DNA from: Thermococcus kodakarensis KOD1
GTDB taxonomy: Archaea; Methanobacteriota_B; Thermococci; Thermococcales; Thermococcaceae
Length of the DNA stretch: 32,000 bases
Direction: 5' to 3'
NCBI RefSeq assembly: GCF_000009965.1
Contig: NC_006624.1
Location: 1,890,001-1,922,000 of the forward strand
The notes beneath the pieces are model-generated. The model did not search any database, was not told where the DNA came from, and saw nothing but the letters and a program-made list of their open reading frames with translations. Positions 7,171 to 17,490 of this stretch are shown here, piece after piece. Within the stretch, counting starts at the first letter, position 1. Each line of letters starts with the position of its first letter. Position numbers and translations under genes: made by a program.

Positions 7171-8108
7171 AGCCTCATTAGGATGAGTGGGCAGTACTCA
7201 AGTCCGTCTATTTCACCAGTAGCTTGATACTCAAGTGCTCTACAGTCATGGCAGATGTACTTGAATGGGCAGCTGGAACATGCGGGTATGTTATCCTTGG
7301 TCATTCTCCAGAAGGCCCTGAGGCGTTTTCTGCGGGTTACCTTCCTGAGGCTCTCTTTTTTCAGATCGCCAACGATGTAGTTTCTGAGTAATGGACATGG
7401 CAGTACGTAGCCATCGGCCGTAACCGCGACTGTTCCAGCGAGACAGTCGTGGTACTCCTCCGTGGTCGGGTTCAGTATGCGTCTGACTTCTATGGTGTTA
7501 AAGCTGATTTTTTTAACGGAACCTGGATATAATACGTCCACGTATAGCTCCCCTGGAAAGCTCTCTCTTGTAACATCCTCTAGGTAGTCTGGATCCACAA
7601 CAGCCAGAACTCCGTGAAGCCATGGATAGCCGGACAGTTCCTCTGGTCCGACGTCAGGGTACTTTATCTCGGCTATGAAGCGAATCTCTTCTGCTGGCGT
7701 AATCTTTGGAATGTCTTCGAACCTAACAACCGCATAAACTTCAGGGATTTCTATTTCAGATGCAAAGTTAGCCAGCGCCATCAGAGGTTCAATGCTATCG
7801 TAGTTGGTTAGCCAGAGCTCCTTACCGCCCATTTTCCTGAACTCGAGTATAGCCCTTTTGAATTCCTCCAGGCTCAAAGGCTCCCTTCTGAGGATGAACC
7901 GGTTGTTTCCTATGCACCCAATTGACCTCGGAATTCCGGTAACCTCTGAAAATTTTCCCTTTCCTGCGCCAAGTTGGAGGATGAGCCTCTCTATCTTCCC
8001 CCTGTGCTTCTTATTGCTCCATGGAGGTTTGCCAATGATTACGTTCTTGACTTTATTGGTCATGCTAATTGGGGTGGCAATCGACTCAACCCTCTCCACG
8101 ATTCTCAC
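7167..8108 (-). CDS. SPASM-domain protein with a degenerate radical-SAM core (no CxxxCxxC)
   Basis: 313 aa. The C-terminus has a full SPASM cysteine pattern: C-x15-C with G-x4-C (CLAGTVAVTADGYVLPC), then CSSCPFKYICHDC and a final C (EYCP). The N-terminal two thirds align by eye to a radical-SAM barrel, but the cluster loop reads GAGKGKFSEV and the only other Cys is in SIGCIG. The start is uncertain: GTG 8108 lies within GGTGAG, and alternatives are GTG 8099 or ATG 8063. Confidence 0.7.
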   Translation of the reverse strand: MRIVERVESIATPISMTNKVKNVIIGKPPWSNKKHRGKIERLILQLGAGKGKFSEVTGIPRSIGCIGNNRFILRREPLSLEEFKRAILEFRKMGGKELWLTNYDSIEPLMALANFASEIEIPEVYAVVRFEDIPKITPAEEIRFIAEIKYPDVGPEELSGYPWLHGVLAVVDPDYLEDVTRESFPGELYVDVLYPGSVKKISFNTIEVRRILNPTTEEYHDCLAGTVAVTADGYVLPCPLLRNYIVGDLKKESLRKVTRRKRLRAFWRMTKDNIPACSSCPFKYICHDCRALEYQATGEIDGLEYCPLILMRL

Positions 8109-8193
8109 CGAAAAAAGATTTGCTTCGGAGTATATATACTTTATCTATTCCGATTTTGCAAACTACTAGAAAAAGTAAGCAAAAAATGGAAAA

Positions 8194-8619
8194 TTACTCC
8201 CTAACAGCCTTGTCTCCCTCAAGCCAGAAAGCTCCTTCGGGGGTGACCTCCTTCTTCCACACTGGGACCCTTCGTTTTACCTCGTCAATTGCCCACTCAC
8301 AGGCCCTAAACGCCTCCTTCCTGTGCTTGGCACTCGCCACGATCAGTATTGTGTCCTCGCCGACATCAAGCTCTCCGTATCTGTGCCATATTACCATGTC
8401 CAGAATCGGGAACTTTTTGAGTGCCTCCTCTCTTATCCTCTCCATCTCTGCTTCGGCCATCTCTGGGTAAGCCTCGTATATGAGCTTCTCGACCTTTCTT
8501 CCAAGGTTCTCGTTCCTAACCTGGCCGAGGAACACAACGTAAGCGCCGGACTCTGGAACTCGGAGCAGGGAAATTGCCTCATCAACGCTGAATTTATCTT
8601 TGGTGAGTCTGACTTTCAT
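8194..8619 (-). CDS. moaE: Molybdopterin synthase catalytic subunit MoaE
   Basis: 141 aa with the MoaE pattern GAYVVFLGQVRN...YEAYPEMAE...VASAKHRKEAFRACEWAIDEVKRRVPVWKKE. Confidence 0.85.
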   Translation of the reverse strand: MKVRLTKDKFSVDEAISLLRVPESGAYVVFLGQVRNENLGRKVEKLIYEAYPEMAEAEMERIREEALKKFPILDMVIWHRYGELDVGEDTILIVASAKHRKEAFRACEWAIDEVKRRVPVWKKEVTPEGAFWLEGDKAVRE

Positions 8620-8702
8620 CGGAAATCACCCCGTTATGTCATTGTCCGAAACCCAATTAAACCTACCGATGGATGGAAATCAGAATTCAAGGGGTGAAGA
8701 GC

Positions 8703-9542
8703 ATGAATGGAAAAAGGGTCTTGGGGCTTTTAATAGCCATCCTAATCGTTGCGTCGGCCGGTTGCTTGGGGGGAGAGACAACGACCGATACTAAACCTGA
8801 AACCGCCGACTCAATGCATACCAGTGGCATAAATAGTACAAAAACGAACACTGGCATCGACTCCTCGTCTTCTAATAGAGAAACCGGAGACGTTGACCTT
8901 GAAAGCATAGTCGGGAAAATAGAAACCTACTCATATCATCAGGATGCCCTTATGAAGCTTGATGTGACCACAACCGAAGGCAACATCACAATGAATACCA
9001 ACGTTAGCATGCTGATAATCGAGAATGGATACGTTGATACTGTGGGAAGAAAGGCTCTGGTTAACTCCACGATCACAATTCTCCCAGATAATCTGACTGA
9101 GAATATGCTCCAGATTGTAATAGGGAACAAGACTTACATAAAGACCAGCTTTGGAGTCAATGAGATTAACTTCACGACCCTATGGGATTCCCATCCTCTT
9201 AGACTAGTTGAGGCCATTATCCAGGAAGAACCGCTCGCCAAGTACACAGAGAACGGGACTACTGTTTTCGTGTACTCACTATCGGAGGACGTTATCCTTC
9301 CCTTAGCCGAGGCATATCTTAGTCCGGGCGATTCAAACGTGACGATAACGGATGCAGTCCTTGAGATCCATGTCGCCAACGGTACAATCATCCAGATAAA
9401 GCTAGCTTACTCACTGGTTGCAAAGATGTCTAGTGACGATGCCTTTGGACATATCGAGGTAATTGAAACTGGAACCTGGAAGAGCACGGTCAGAATAACC
9501 TCAATAAACGAGAAAAGGGAAGTGGAACCTCCGACTACTTAA
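8703..9542 (+). CDS. Secreted lipoprotein, N-glycosylation-sequon rich, function unknown
   Basis: ATG 8703 is preceded by GGGGTGA 5 nt upstream (the track start at 8673 is less likely). It has a signal peptide with a lipobox-like VASAGC, followed by a Thr/Ser-rich linker and at least 9 N-x-S/T sequons. It looks AT-richer than its neighbours. Confidence 0.7.
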   Translation: MNGKRVLGLLIAILIVASAGCLGGETTTDTKPETADSMHTSGINSTKTNTGIDSSSSNRETGDVDLESIVGKIETYSYHQDALMKLDVTTTEGNITMNTNVSMLIIENGYVDTVGRKALVNSTITILPDNLTENMLQIVIGNKTYIKTSFGVNEINFTTLWDSHPLRLVEAIIQEEPLAKYTENGTTVFVYSLSEDVILPLAEAYLSPGDSNVTITDAVLEIHVANGTIIQIKLAYSLVAKMSSDDAFGHIEVIETGTWKSTVRITSINEKREVEPPTT

Positions 9543-10233
9543 GTTCCACTACCTCAAAGATGTTCATGGCCAGGTCTATCAGAAGGAGCTTGTTCAACAG
9601 GGGCTCTCCAATGCCCGTCAGCAGTTTGATGACTTCCATTGCCTGTATCGAACCAACTACTCCAGCTGTGGCACCGATTATCGGGAACTTCTCCTCTTTT
9701 TCCCTAACTTTCGGAAAAATCTCCCTGAGGCTCTTTGTGATGCCTGGAACTATCGTAGTCACCTGCCCATGCATGCCTTCCACTGCGCCGTGGACGAGCG
9801 GGATTCGTTTTCTGTGCACGTACTCGTCGAGCAGGTAGCGGGTCTGGAAGTTGTCCAGGCAGTCAACCACGATATCAACGTCCTTAAGGACTTCATCGAT
9901 GTTCTCTGCAGTGAGTCTGCCTGTGTAGGCCTCTATCTTTATGTCGGAGTTGAAGCGTTCGAGCTTCCATTTTGCGGATTCCGGCTTTGACCTCCTTCCA
10001 ACATCTTCCTCCCAGTGAAGTATCTGCCTGTTGAGGTTGCTCAGCTCGGGGGTCTGTTCGTCGATGAGGAGAACGGTGCCTATTCCAGCGGCGGCCAGGT
10101 AATACGCGACGGGACTGCCGAGGCCGCCAACACCGACGACTGCGACTTTTGCGCCCTTCAGTTTTTCCTGCCCTTCCTCTCCGAATATCATTATCTGCCT
10201 GTCATACCTCTCAAGTTCTCTCTCGGTCAGCAT
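9535..10233 (-). CDS. ThiF/MoeB/UbaA-type E1-like adenylyltransferase for the adjacent Ubl/sulfur-carrier protein
   Basis: It has the ERYDRQI start, the Rossmann motif VAVVGVGGLGSPVAYYLAAAGIG and DCLDNFQTRY. ATG 10233 lies 1 nt after the TAA of the upstream Ubl gene. The track start GTG 10245 falls within the Ubl coding sequence and SD. Confidence 0.85.
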   Translation of the reverse strand: MLTERELERYDRQIMIFGEEGQEKLKGAKVAVVGVGGLGSPVAYYLAAAGIGTVLLIDEQTPELSNLNRQILHWEEDVGRRSKPESAKWKLERFNSDIKIEAYTGRLTAENIDEVLKDVDIVVDCLDNFQTRYLLDEYVHRKRIPLVHGAVEGMHGQVTTIVPGITKSLREIFPKVREKEEKFPIIGATAGVVGSIQAMEVIKLLTGIGEPLLNKLLLIDLAMNIFEVVELK

Positions 10234-10234
10234 G

Positions 10235-10501
10235 TTAACCACCACTTACAGGCGGGAATATCGCGATTACATCCCCATCCTTCAACACCTCGTCGAACCT
10301 TACGTAGCGCCCGTTTCTGGAGACGTTGACATCGGCAAGGTCGTCATCTTCGGCAAAAACTTCGTTCTTAAGGACAGGATAGCGCTCCTTCAGGATTTCA
10401 ATGAGGTCCCTCACGGTTATCCCATCGGGAACTTCCAGTTCTTCCTCGCTCTTGCCCACGAGGGAGCGGTAGCGGGCGAAATATCTGACTTTTATTCTCA
10501 C
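10235..10501 (-). CDS. MoaD/ThiS-family beta-grasp protein ending in Gly-Gly (SAMP-like small archaeal modifier or sulfur carrier)
   Basis: 88 aa with C-terminal PPVSGG. It has a GTG start with GGTGA 8 nt upstream and is translationally coupled to the E1-like gene. Confidence 0.85.
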   Translation of the reverse strand: MRIKVRYFARYRSLVGKSEEELEVPDGITVRDLIEILKERYPVLKNEVFAEDDDLADVNVSRNGRYVRFDEVLKDGDVIAIFPPVSGG

Positions 10502-10568
10502 CTTTTCATCACCGGGATAAAATAGAAGGCGGAGTTAAAAAGGGTTGCCAGGATAAAATTGTGAAGCT

Positions 10569-11084
10569 CTACCATGGCACGCTCTTCCAGCCCATCCTGT
10601 AGGCGAAGTAGTTGGCCCCCCAATGAATGAACGGGGACACGACCAGAAGGAAGATTATCTGCCCGCTGGAAAGAGTTTTTACAGGGTAGGCGAATGCCAG
10701 AGCGCTTATGAGGAAGCCGAGCTGATCGAGTCCTATAGCAGGATAGCCCCTCGGGAGGTTTGCTCTCCTCTTAATGAAGCTTCCGACGAGATCACCGATA
10801 AGAGCGCCGAATGAGAGGAGAAATGCGAGCTTTACGGCAGTCTCAAGGCTTCCGTAGAAATCAGGGGTTATGAAGTACTGGACTATTCCGACCAGAGTCC
10901 CTATCAGGACGCCTCCAATGAATCCCCTCCAGGTTTTTCCGTCTCCCAGAAGCCTCCTGCCGTCTCTCCAGACCCTTCCACCGTCTATTGGTCTGCCGCC
11001 TCCAACGAGGACAGGGGATGCGTTGGCGAAGTAAGCGGGAAGTATGTACCAGAACGCCCAGAAGATTGATGAAAGCCAGCCCAT
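10569..11084 (-). CDS. carS: CDP-archaeol synthase (CarS, DUF46 family)
   Basis: 171-aa polytopic membrane protein. The pattern LPAYFANASPVL...GDGKTWRGFIGG...IGDLVGSFIKRR is typical of CarS. SD AGGTGA lies upstream of ATG 11084. Confidence 0.85.
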   Translation of the reverse strand: MGWLSSIFWAFWYILPAYFANASPVLVGGGRPIDGGRVWRDGRRLLGDGKTWRGFIGGVLIGTLVGIVQYFITPDFYGSLETAVKLAFLLSFGALIGDLVGSFIKRRANLPRGYPAIGLDQLGFLISALAFAYPVKTLSSGQIIFLLVVSPFIHWGANYFAYRMGWKSVPW

Positions 11085-11115
11085 TTAATCACCTACTTTA
11101 TGGCGGGTAGAATCG

Positions 11116-11123
11116 CTTATAAG
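11116..11123. promoter_or_regulatory. Palindromic TATA-like box CTTATAAG shared by divergent carS and LEA_2-like genes
   Basis: It lies 32 nt from ATG 11084 (minus strand) and 33 nt from ATG 11156 (plus strand), in the only AT-rich stretch of the 71-nt divergent intergenic region. Confidence 0.4.
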
Positions 11124-11155
11124 GATTAAGGCGGTTGGATTACAAGGTGAAAGTC

Positions 11156-12070
11156 ATGAAGAAAGCCGTCGCGATTGTTATCCTGATAGTTCTGATTCTG
11201 GCCCTGTGGGGAGCTTACGTCGCCTACGCTGTGATGACTATGAACCCCCTCCTTACGGCAGAGTGGGGCAACGTGAGCGAGGAGAAGGTTGAGGTAGTGG
11301 TCGATGCGGGGCTTGGAAAGGCTCTCCTTGTCCCGGCTTCCGTTGAGAGCCTTTCAATGCAGTTCAACGGCGTTGAAGTCGCTTCCCTTGAGGAATTTGA
11401 CTACTCACCCACGAAATCAAACGCAAGAATCGTGATAGGCATCGACCCAAATGAACTAGTAAGGGCACTCGAAAGGTACTTTGAGAGCAACCAGCACGGT
11501 GAGCTCAGCGTCGAAGCCAAGCTGGGGCTTTTCGGTCTGCTTCACTCCACGCTCACTTTCTCCAGGGAATTCCAGCAGGACATCCTCGGCCAGATGGACT
11601 TCAAAGCCGAGAGCAAGCCGATCTTTGGTGGTCTCCTCTACACCCCGTCCGTTGAGGGAACGAAAGTAGTTTGGCTGGGGGCTGAGAACGGCGTCTGGAA
11701 TCTGAAGACCTATGCAACGCTGAAGAATCCGAACTCATTCCCCATTCCAGTCTCAAACCTTGAGTTCGAGGTGTCTGTAAACGGCATAAAAGTAGGTGTT
11801 GGAAACATCAGTCAGGGAGTTACGATACCGGCTGGAGGCGTTGCGACGGTTCCAATTGACACTGAGATATATTCGGAGTACCTTCCGACGGTTCTGGTAG
11901 CCCACATAAAGAACGGAGAGGAGAGCTCGGTTGAGGTAAACTTCTACATAACAGTGAGCTCGGGCGGTAAGAGTGCCAGGATAAATCTTACAAGTGAGAG
12001 GATAGTAATACAGACGGACATAATGGCCAGCATAAACGATGCCCTTTCGGGGGTTTCTCCTAGGGAATGA
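11156..12070 (+). CDS. Membrane-anchored protein with LEA_2/WHy-like (LEA14-type) beta-sandwich repeat(s)
   Basis: ATG 11156 is preceded by AAGGTGA 5 nt upstream (the track start at 11135 is TTG). It has an N-terminal TM helix. The segment LKNPNSFPIPVSNLEFEVSVNGIKVGVG...IPAGG...VPID resembles LEA_2 domains. Confidence 0.55.
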   Translation: MKKAVAIVILIVLILALWGAYVAYAVMTMNPLLTAEWGNVSEEKVEVVVDAGLGKALLVPASVESLSMQFNGVEVASLEEFDYSPTKSNARIVIGIDPNELVRALERYFESNQHGELSVEAKLGLFGLLHSTLTFSREFQQDILGQMDFKAESKPIFGGLLYTPSVEGTKVVWLGAENGVWNLKTYATLKNPNSFPIPVSNLEFEVSVNGIKVGVGNISQGVTIPAGGVATVPIDTEIYSEYLPTVLVAHIKNGEESSVEVNFYITVSSGGKSARINLTSERIVIQTDIMASINDALSGVSPRE

Positions 12071-12109
12071 CTTTTAAACCGCTTTTCTCCCCTTATTTTT
12101 GGTGAGAGC

Positions 12110-12637
12110 ATGAGGGGAAAATTTGACGTGAGAGCCGTTCATGAGTTCCTTAACAAGCTCTGGGAGGATGTATTCACGCTCAACGAGGAGCTCAAGGAGG
12201 AACTCCCAAGGTTCGGCTTTAAGGTGGAAGACGTTGAGGAGGTCTTTGGAGCGTACCTTTTCCTTGACGGCGAGTGGAGGCAGATGCTCTATCCCCACCC
12301 TGCCTTTGAAGTGAAGCCCCAGATTGAAGTTGGCGCAACTCCAGAAAGCTATTACTTCGTCGTTGCGGTTCCAAAAGAGAAGATTAGCGAGGACTTTCTT
12401 GAGGCATTTCTCGAAGCCTTTCCGAAGAGCTTCATCTACGGAAGTGAGGACTTCCTCAACGACGTCTACAACTGCATGAGGGACAGTCCCCTGTCGGAGG
12501 AGATCATCAAGAGAATACATGAAAGCTCCGAAAAGGTCTTCCAGTTCGAGGCCAACTTTGACGATGTTGAAAAGCTTAAAGAGGGACTCTTCAAGGTTAT
12601 AGAACTCGGAAAGCGCTTTGAAATCTTTGACCTTTGA
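12110..12637 (+). CDS. Conserved hypothetical acidic cytosolic protein
   Basis: 175 aa with Glu/Lys-rich thermophile-type composition. It ends 9 nt before the next same-strand gene. It is preferred over the antisense ORF 12074..12520. No recognisable motif. Confidence 0.5.
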   Translation: MRGKFDVRAVHEFLNKLWEDVFTLNEELKEELPRFGFKVEDVEEVFGAYLFLDGEWRQMLYPHPAFEVKPQIEVGATPESYYFVVAVPKEKISEDFLEAFLEAFPKSFIYGSEDFLNDVYNCMRDSPLSEEIIKRIHESSEKVFQFEANFDDVEKLKEGLFKVIELGKRFEIFDL

Positions 12638-12646
12638 GGTGTGTCT

Positions 12647-13798
12647 ATGGGCTACGAGGAGGCTTTTCCGGCCGAGCTCAGGGAATACTACAGAAAGCTC
12701 TTTGGGAGCGAGGCAGAAGAGATCATGGCATCATTGAGAACTCCAGTCGAGAAGTACTACATCAGGGTGAACACCCTAAAGACGAGCAGGAGCGAGCTGA
12801 TGAGGCGGCTGAGGAGAGAAGGTTTGAAGCCCAAGAGGAGTCCTTACCTTGAGGAGGGGATTTACTTCGAAAGAGAAGGACCGAACTTCGATGATGATTA
12901 CGATCCAGGCCTCAAGAAGGTTGTCGCGAACAAGTTTGCCAGCGAGAGTGTCTATCAGGGAGCAATGCTCTACGCCCCGGGAGTTCTGAAGGCTGATAAG
13001 GGTATAAAGCCCGGCGACGAGGTCGAAATTAGGGATCCGAGAGGACTTCTGGTCGGAATCGGTATCGCGAGGATGAGCGGGAAGGAGATGATAACCGCCA
13101 CGAGGGGACTGGCGGTTGAGGTAACCCTGCCGAAGTTCAAGCTCCCAAGTTTGAGCGAGCTGGAGAGTTTCAAAGAGGGTCTCTTTTACGCCCAGAGCCT
13201 GCCCTCGATGGTAGCTTCAAGAGTCCTAGAGCCGAGTGAAGAGGACCTCATCATTGATATGGCCGCGGCCCCCGGAGGAAAGACCTCACACATAGCCCAG
13301 CTCATGCAGAACAGGGGGGAGATAATAGCCATCGACAAGTCCAGAAACAGGCTGAGGAAGATGGAGGAGGAACTTAAGAGGCTCGGCGTGAAGAACGTCA
13401 GGCTCATCCACATGGATGCTAGAAAGCTCCCCGAGCTTGGGATTGAAGCCGATAAGATACTCCTCGATGCCCCCTGCACCGCGCTCGGCATAAGGCCCAA
13501 GCTCTGGGAGACGCGGACGCCAAAGGACATTGAGGCAACCGCGAGATACCAGAGGGCCTTCATCTGGGCCGCTATAAAGTCCCTTCGGAAGGGGGGGACG
13601 CTGGTTTACTCTACCTGTACAATCAGCTACGAGGAAAACGAGGCCAACGTGAAGTACATGCTCCAGAAAGGCCTGAAGCTTGAAGAGCAGAGCGTTTTCA
13701 TAGCATCCCACGGAATTGACATGGAGGGCGTCCAGAGGTTTTATCCGAACAGGCACCTGACTCAGGGCTTCTTTATAGCGAAGCTCAGGAAGGTGTGA
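12647..13798 (+). CDS. PUA-domain RNA (cytosine-C5)-methyltransferase, NOL1/NOP2/Sun family (archaeal NSUN6-like)
   Basis: It has SAM motif DMAAAPGGKT, catalytic Cys motifs DAPCT and YSTCT, and a central PUA-like segment (GIKPGDEVEIRDPRGLLVGIGIA). ATG 12647 is 5 nt after GAGGTG, and the track GTG 12641 is part of the SD. Confidence 0.85.
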   Translation: MGYEEAFPAELREYYRKLFGSEAEEIMASLRTPVEKYYIRVNTLKTSRSELMRRLRREGLKPKRSPYLEEGIYFEREGPNFDDDYDPGLKKVVANKFASESVYQGAMLYAPGVLKADKGIKPGDEVEIRDPRGLLVGIGIARMSGKEMITATRGLAVEVTLPKFKLPSLSELESFKEGLFYAQSLPSMVASRVLEPSEEDLIIDMAAAPGGKTSHIAQLMQNRGEIIAIDKSRNRLRKMEEELKRLGVKNVRLIHMDARKLPELGIEADKILLDAPCTALGIRPKLWETRTPKDIEATARYQRAFIWAAIKSLRKGGTLVYSTCTISYEENEANVKYMLQKGLKLEEQSVFIASHGIDMEGVQRFYPNRHLTQGFFIAKLRKV

Positions 13799-13800
13799 GG

Positions 13801-14826
13801 ATGGACTGGAAAAAGGTTTCACTTTTCGGGGTCGCGATGGGAATCATCGCCGCTCTCCTCTGGTGGGCTGGGGTAGATGAAGTAATTGCCATTCTAAAGG
13901 GAGCCCGTATTAAGTACCTTGTTCTTGCGTTTTTTGTATATATCCTGGGCCTCTTAGCTTGGGCAATGAGATGGAAGGTTCTGATAGATGCCCTCAATAT
14001 GGACGCTCCGTTTTCAAAGGTCTTAATGGCCTTAATGGCCGGCATCTTCGTGAACAACGCAACTCCCGGGGCGCGAGGCGGAGGGGAGCCAGTGAGGACG
14101 TATTTTCTGGCCAAAGAAATTGAGATGCCCTACGGCCCTGTGTTCGCGACGGTGATGATGGACAGAATACTTGACCTCATTCCAGTGGTGGGAATGCTTG
14201 CCGTTGCCACCGCGTACGTCTATTCCCTTGGTTCAAGGTCGCTGGCGATAATCCTGATTTTCCTGGATGTTGTGTTTTTTGGTCTTGTTGCCTTCACCCT
14301 GGGAATCCTTCTAAGCGAGAGGAAGACCAAGGGGGCGCTCCGCTGGTTCTTCAGGCTTGTAGAGCGCTTCCTGCCGTTGGTGGCCGAAAAGTACCGCGAA
14401 AAGTTTGAGAGAGTTGTTGAAGTAGACGTTCCCCGCTTCCAGAACGATTTCAGGTTTCTCATGACCCACAAGAGGGCTTTTTTACTTGCCACTGTGTACT
14501 CCACACTCTCCTGGCTAACCGTCGTTGTTAGGGGCTATTATGCTTTCCTCGCCATAGGGTATTCCATAAAGTTTGCGGACGTTGTCGTCGTTCAGATGGT
14601 CGGGATGGTAGTTGGAATGTTGAGCGTGATTCCTGGAGGGGCAGGTCTCATAGAGACGGTCAATTCAGCAACCTACGTTCTCCTTGGGATTGAGAAAGAG
14701 CACGCCGTCACCGCTACGCTCCTTGACAGGCTCATCTCCTACTGGATACCGACAGCGGTGGGGGCACTGGCGACGACCCACCTCGGGGCAAAAATCCGCA
14801 GGAAAAAGAAAGGTTTAATTAGGTAA
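13801..14826 (+). CDS. UPF0104 / LPG-synthase-TM (flippase-like) family integral membrane protein
   Basis: Polytopic membrane protein with MRWKVL...[20 protein letters not shown], typical of PF03706. ATG 13801 follows GGTG, and its start region overlaps the stop of the upstream gene. Confidence 0.7.
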   Translation: MDWKKVSLFGVAMGIIAALLWWAGVDEVIAILKGARIKYLVLAFFVYILGLLAWAMRWKVLIDALNMDAPFSKVLMALMAGIFVNNATPGARGGGEPVRTYFLAKEIEMPYGPVFATVMMDRILDLIPVVGMLAVATAYVYSLGSRSLAIILIFLDVVFFGLVAFTLGILLSERKTKGALRWFFRLVERFLPLVAEKYREKFERVVEVDVPRFQNDFRFLMTHKRAFLLATVYSTLSWLTVVVRGYYAFLAIGYSIKFADVVVVQMVGMVVGMLSVIPGGAGLIETVNSATYVLLGIEKEHAVTATLLDRLISYWIPTAVGALATTHLGAKIRRKKKGLIR

Positions 14827-14864
14827 ATCCCCAAGGATTAAGGAGAAGTGCCCTCGGTGGTTCG

Positions 14865-15697
14865 ATGAAGTTCGGTGTCGTTGCCAGGAGAGACAAATTG
14901 GAGGCACTGAAGCTGGCCTACAGGGTTTACGATTTCCTCAAGGTTAGTGGTTTTGATGTCGTGGTGGATGAGGACACCTACAGGTACCTTGGAGAGTTCA
15001 GTGAGGACGACGTTCTCCCCCTGGAGGAGTTTGATGTCGACATCATAGTCGTTATCGGCGGTGACGGTACGATACTCCGTGTGGAGCACAAAACAAAGAA
15101 GGAGATACCGATTTTAGGCATTAATATGGGCACCCTCGGTTTTCTGACGGAGGTTGAACCCCACGAGACCTTTTTTGCCCTGAGCAGGGTTATAGAGGGA
15201 GACTACCACATAGACGAGAGGATAAAGCTGAGAACGTTCCTTGACGGAGAAAACCGAGTTCCCGATGCTCTCAACGAGGTCGCAGTACTTACTGGGATTC
15301 CTGGGAAGATAATTCACCTGAAGTACTACATCGACGGCGGTCTGGCTGACGAGGTTCGCGCCGACGGGCTCATCATCTCCACTCCAACAGGCTCAACAGG
15401 ATACGCGATGAGCGCGGGCGGCCCCTTCGTTGATCCGAGGCTTGACGTTGTCGTGATAGCCCCTCTAGCTCCCATAGCCCTCAGCTCAAGGCCCATGGTA
15501 GTACCGTCCTCCAGCAGGATAGACGTCAGGAACGTTGCCATGACTAGGGAGGTAATCCTTTCAGTGGACGGACAGTTTTACACGTACCTCTCGCCAGAAA
15601 CAGAGATAACGATAGTCAGATCGCCAAGAAAAACTAAGTTCGTGCGCTTCAACAGGGAGATATATCCCAAGTACACTATGAAGATAAAGAGCAGGTT

Positions 15698-15701
<4 letters not shown>
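14865..15701 (+). CDS. nadK: NAD kinase
   Basis: 278 aa with the GGDGT motif ([11 protein letters not shown]), [10 protein letters not shown] and [15 protein letters not shown]. Confidence 0.9.

Positions 15702-17490
<1,789 letters not shown>

Noticed and set aside
12074-12520. 148-aa minus-strand ORF as an alternative to the plus-strand hypothetical gene 12110..12637
   Set aside because: The plus-strand ORF is longer, has the Glu/Lys-rich composition of genuine Thermococcus proteins, and sits in operon-like spacing with the downstream methyltransferase. The minus-strand ORF has no SD and would collide with the preceding plus-strand gene. Neither frame has a recognisable motif, so confidence is only moderate.
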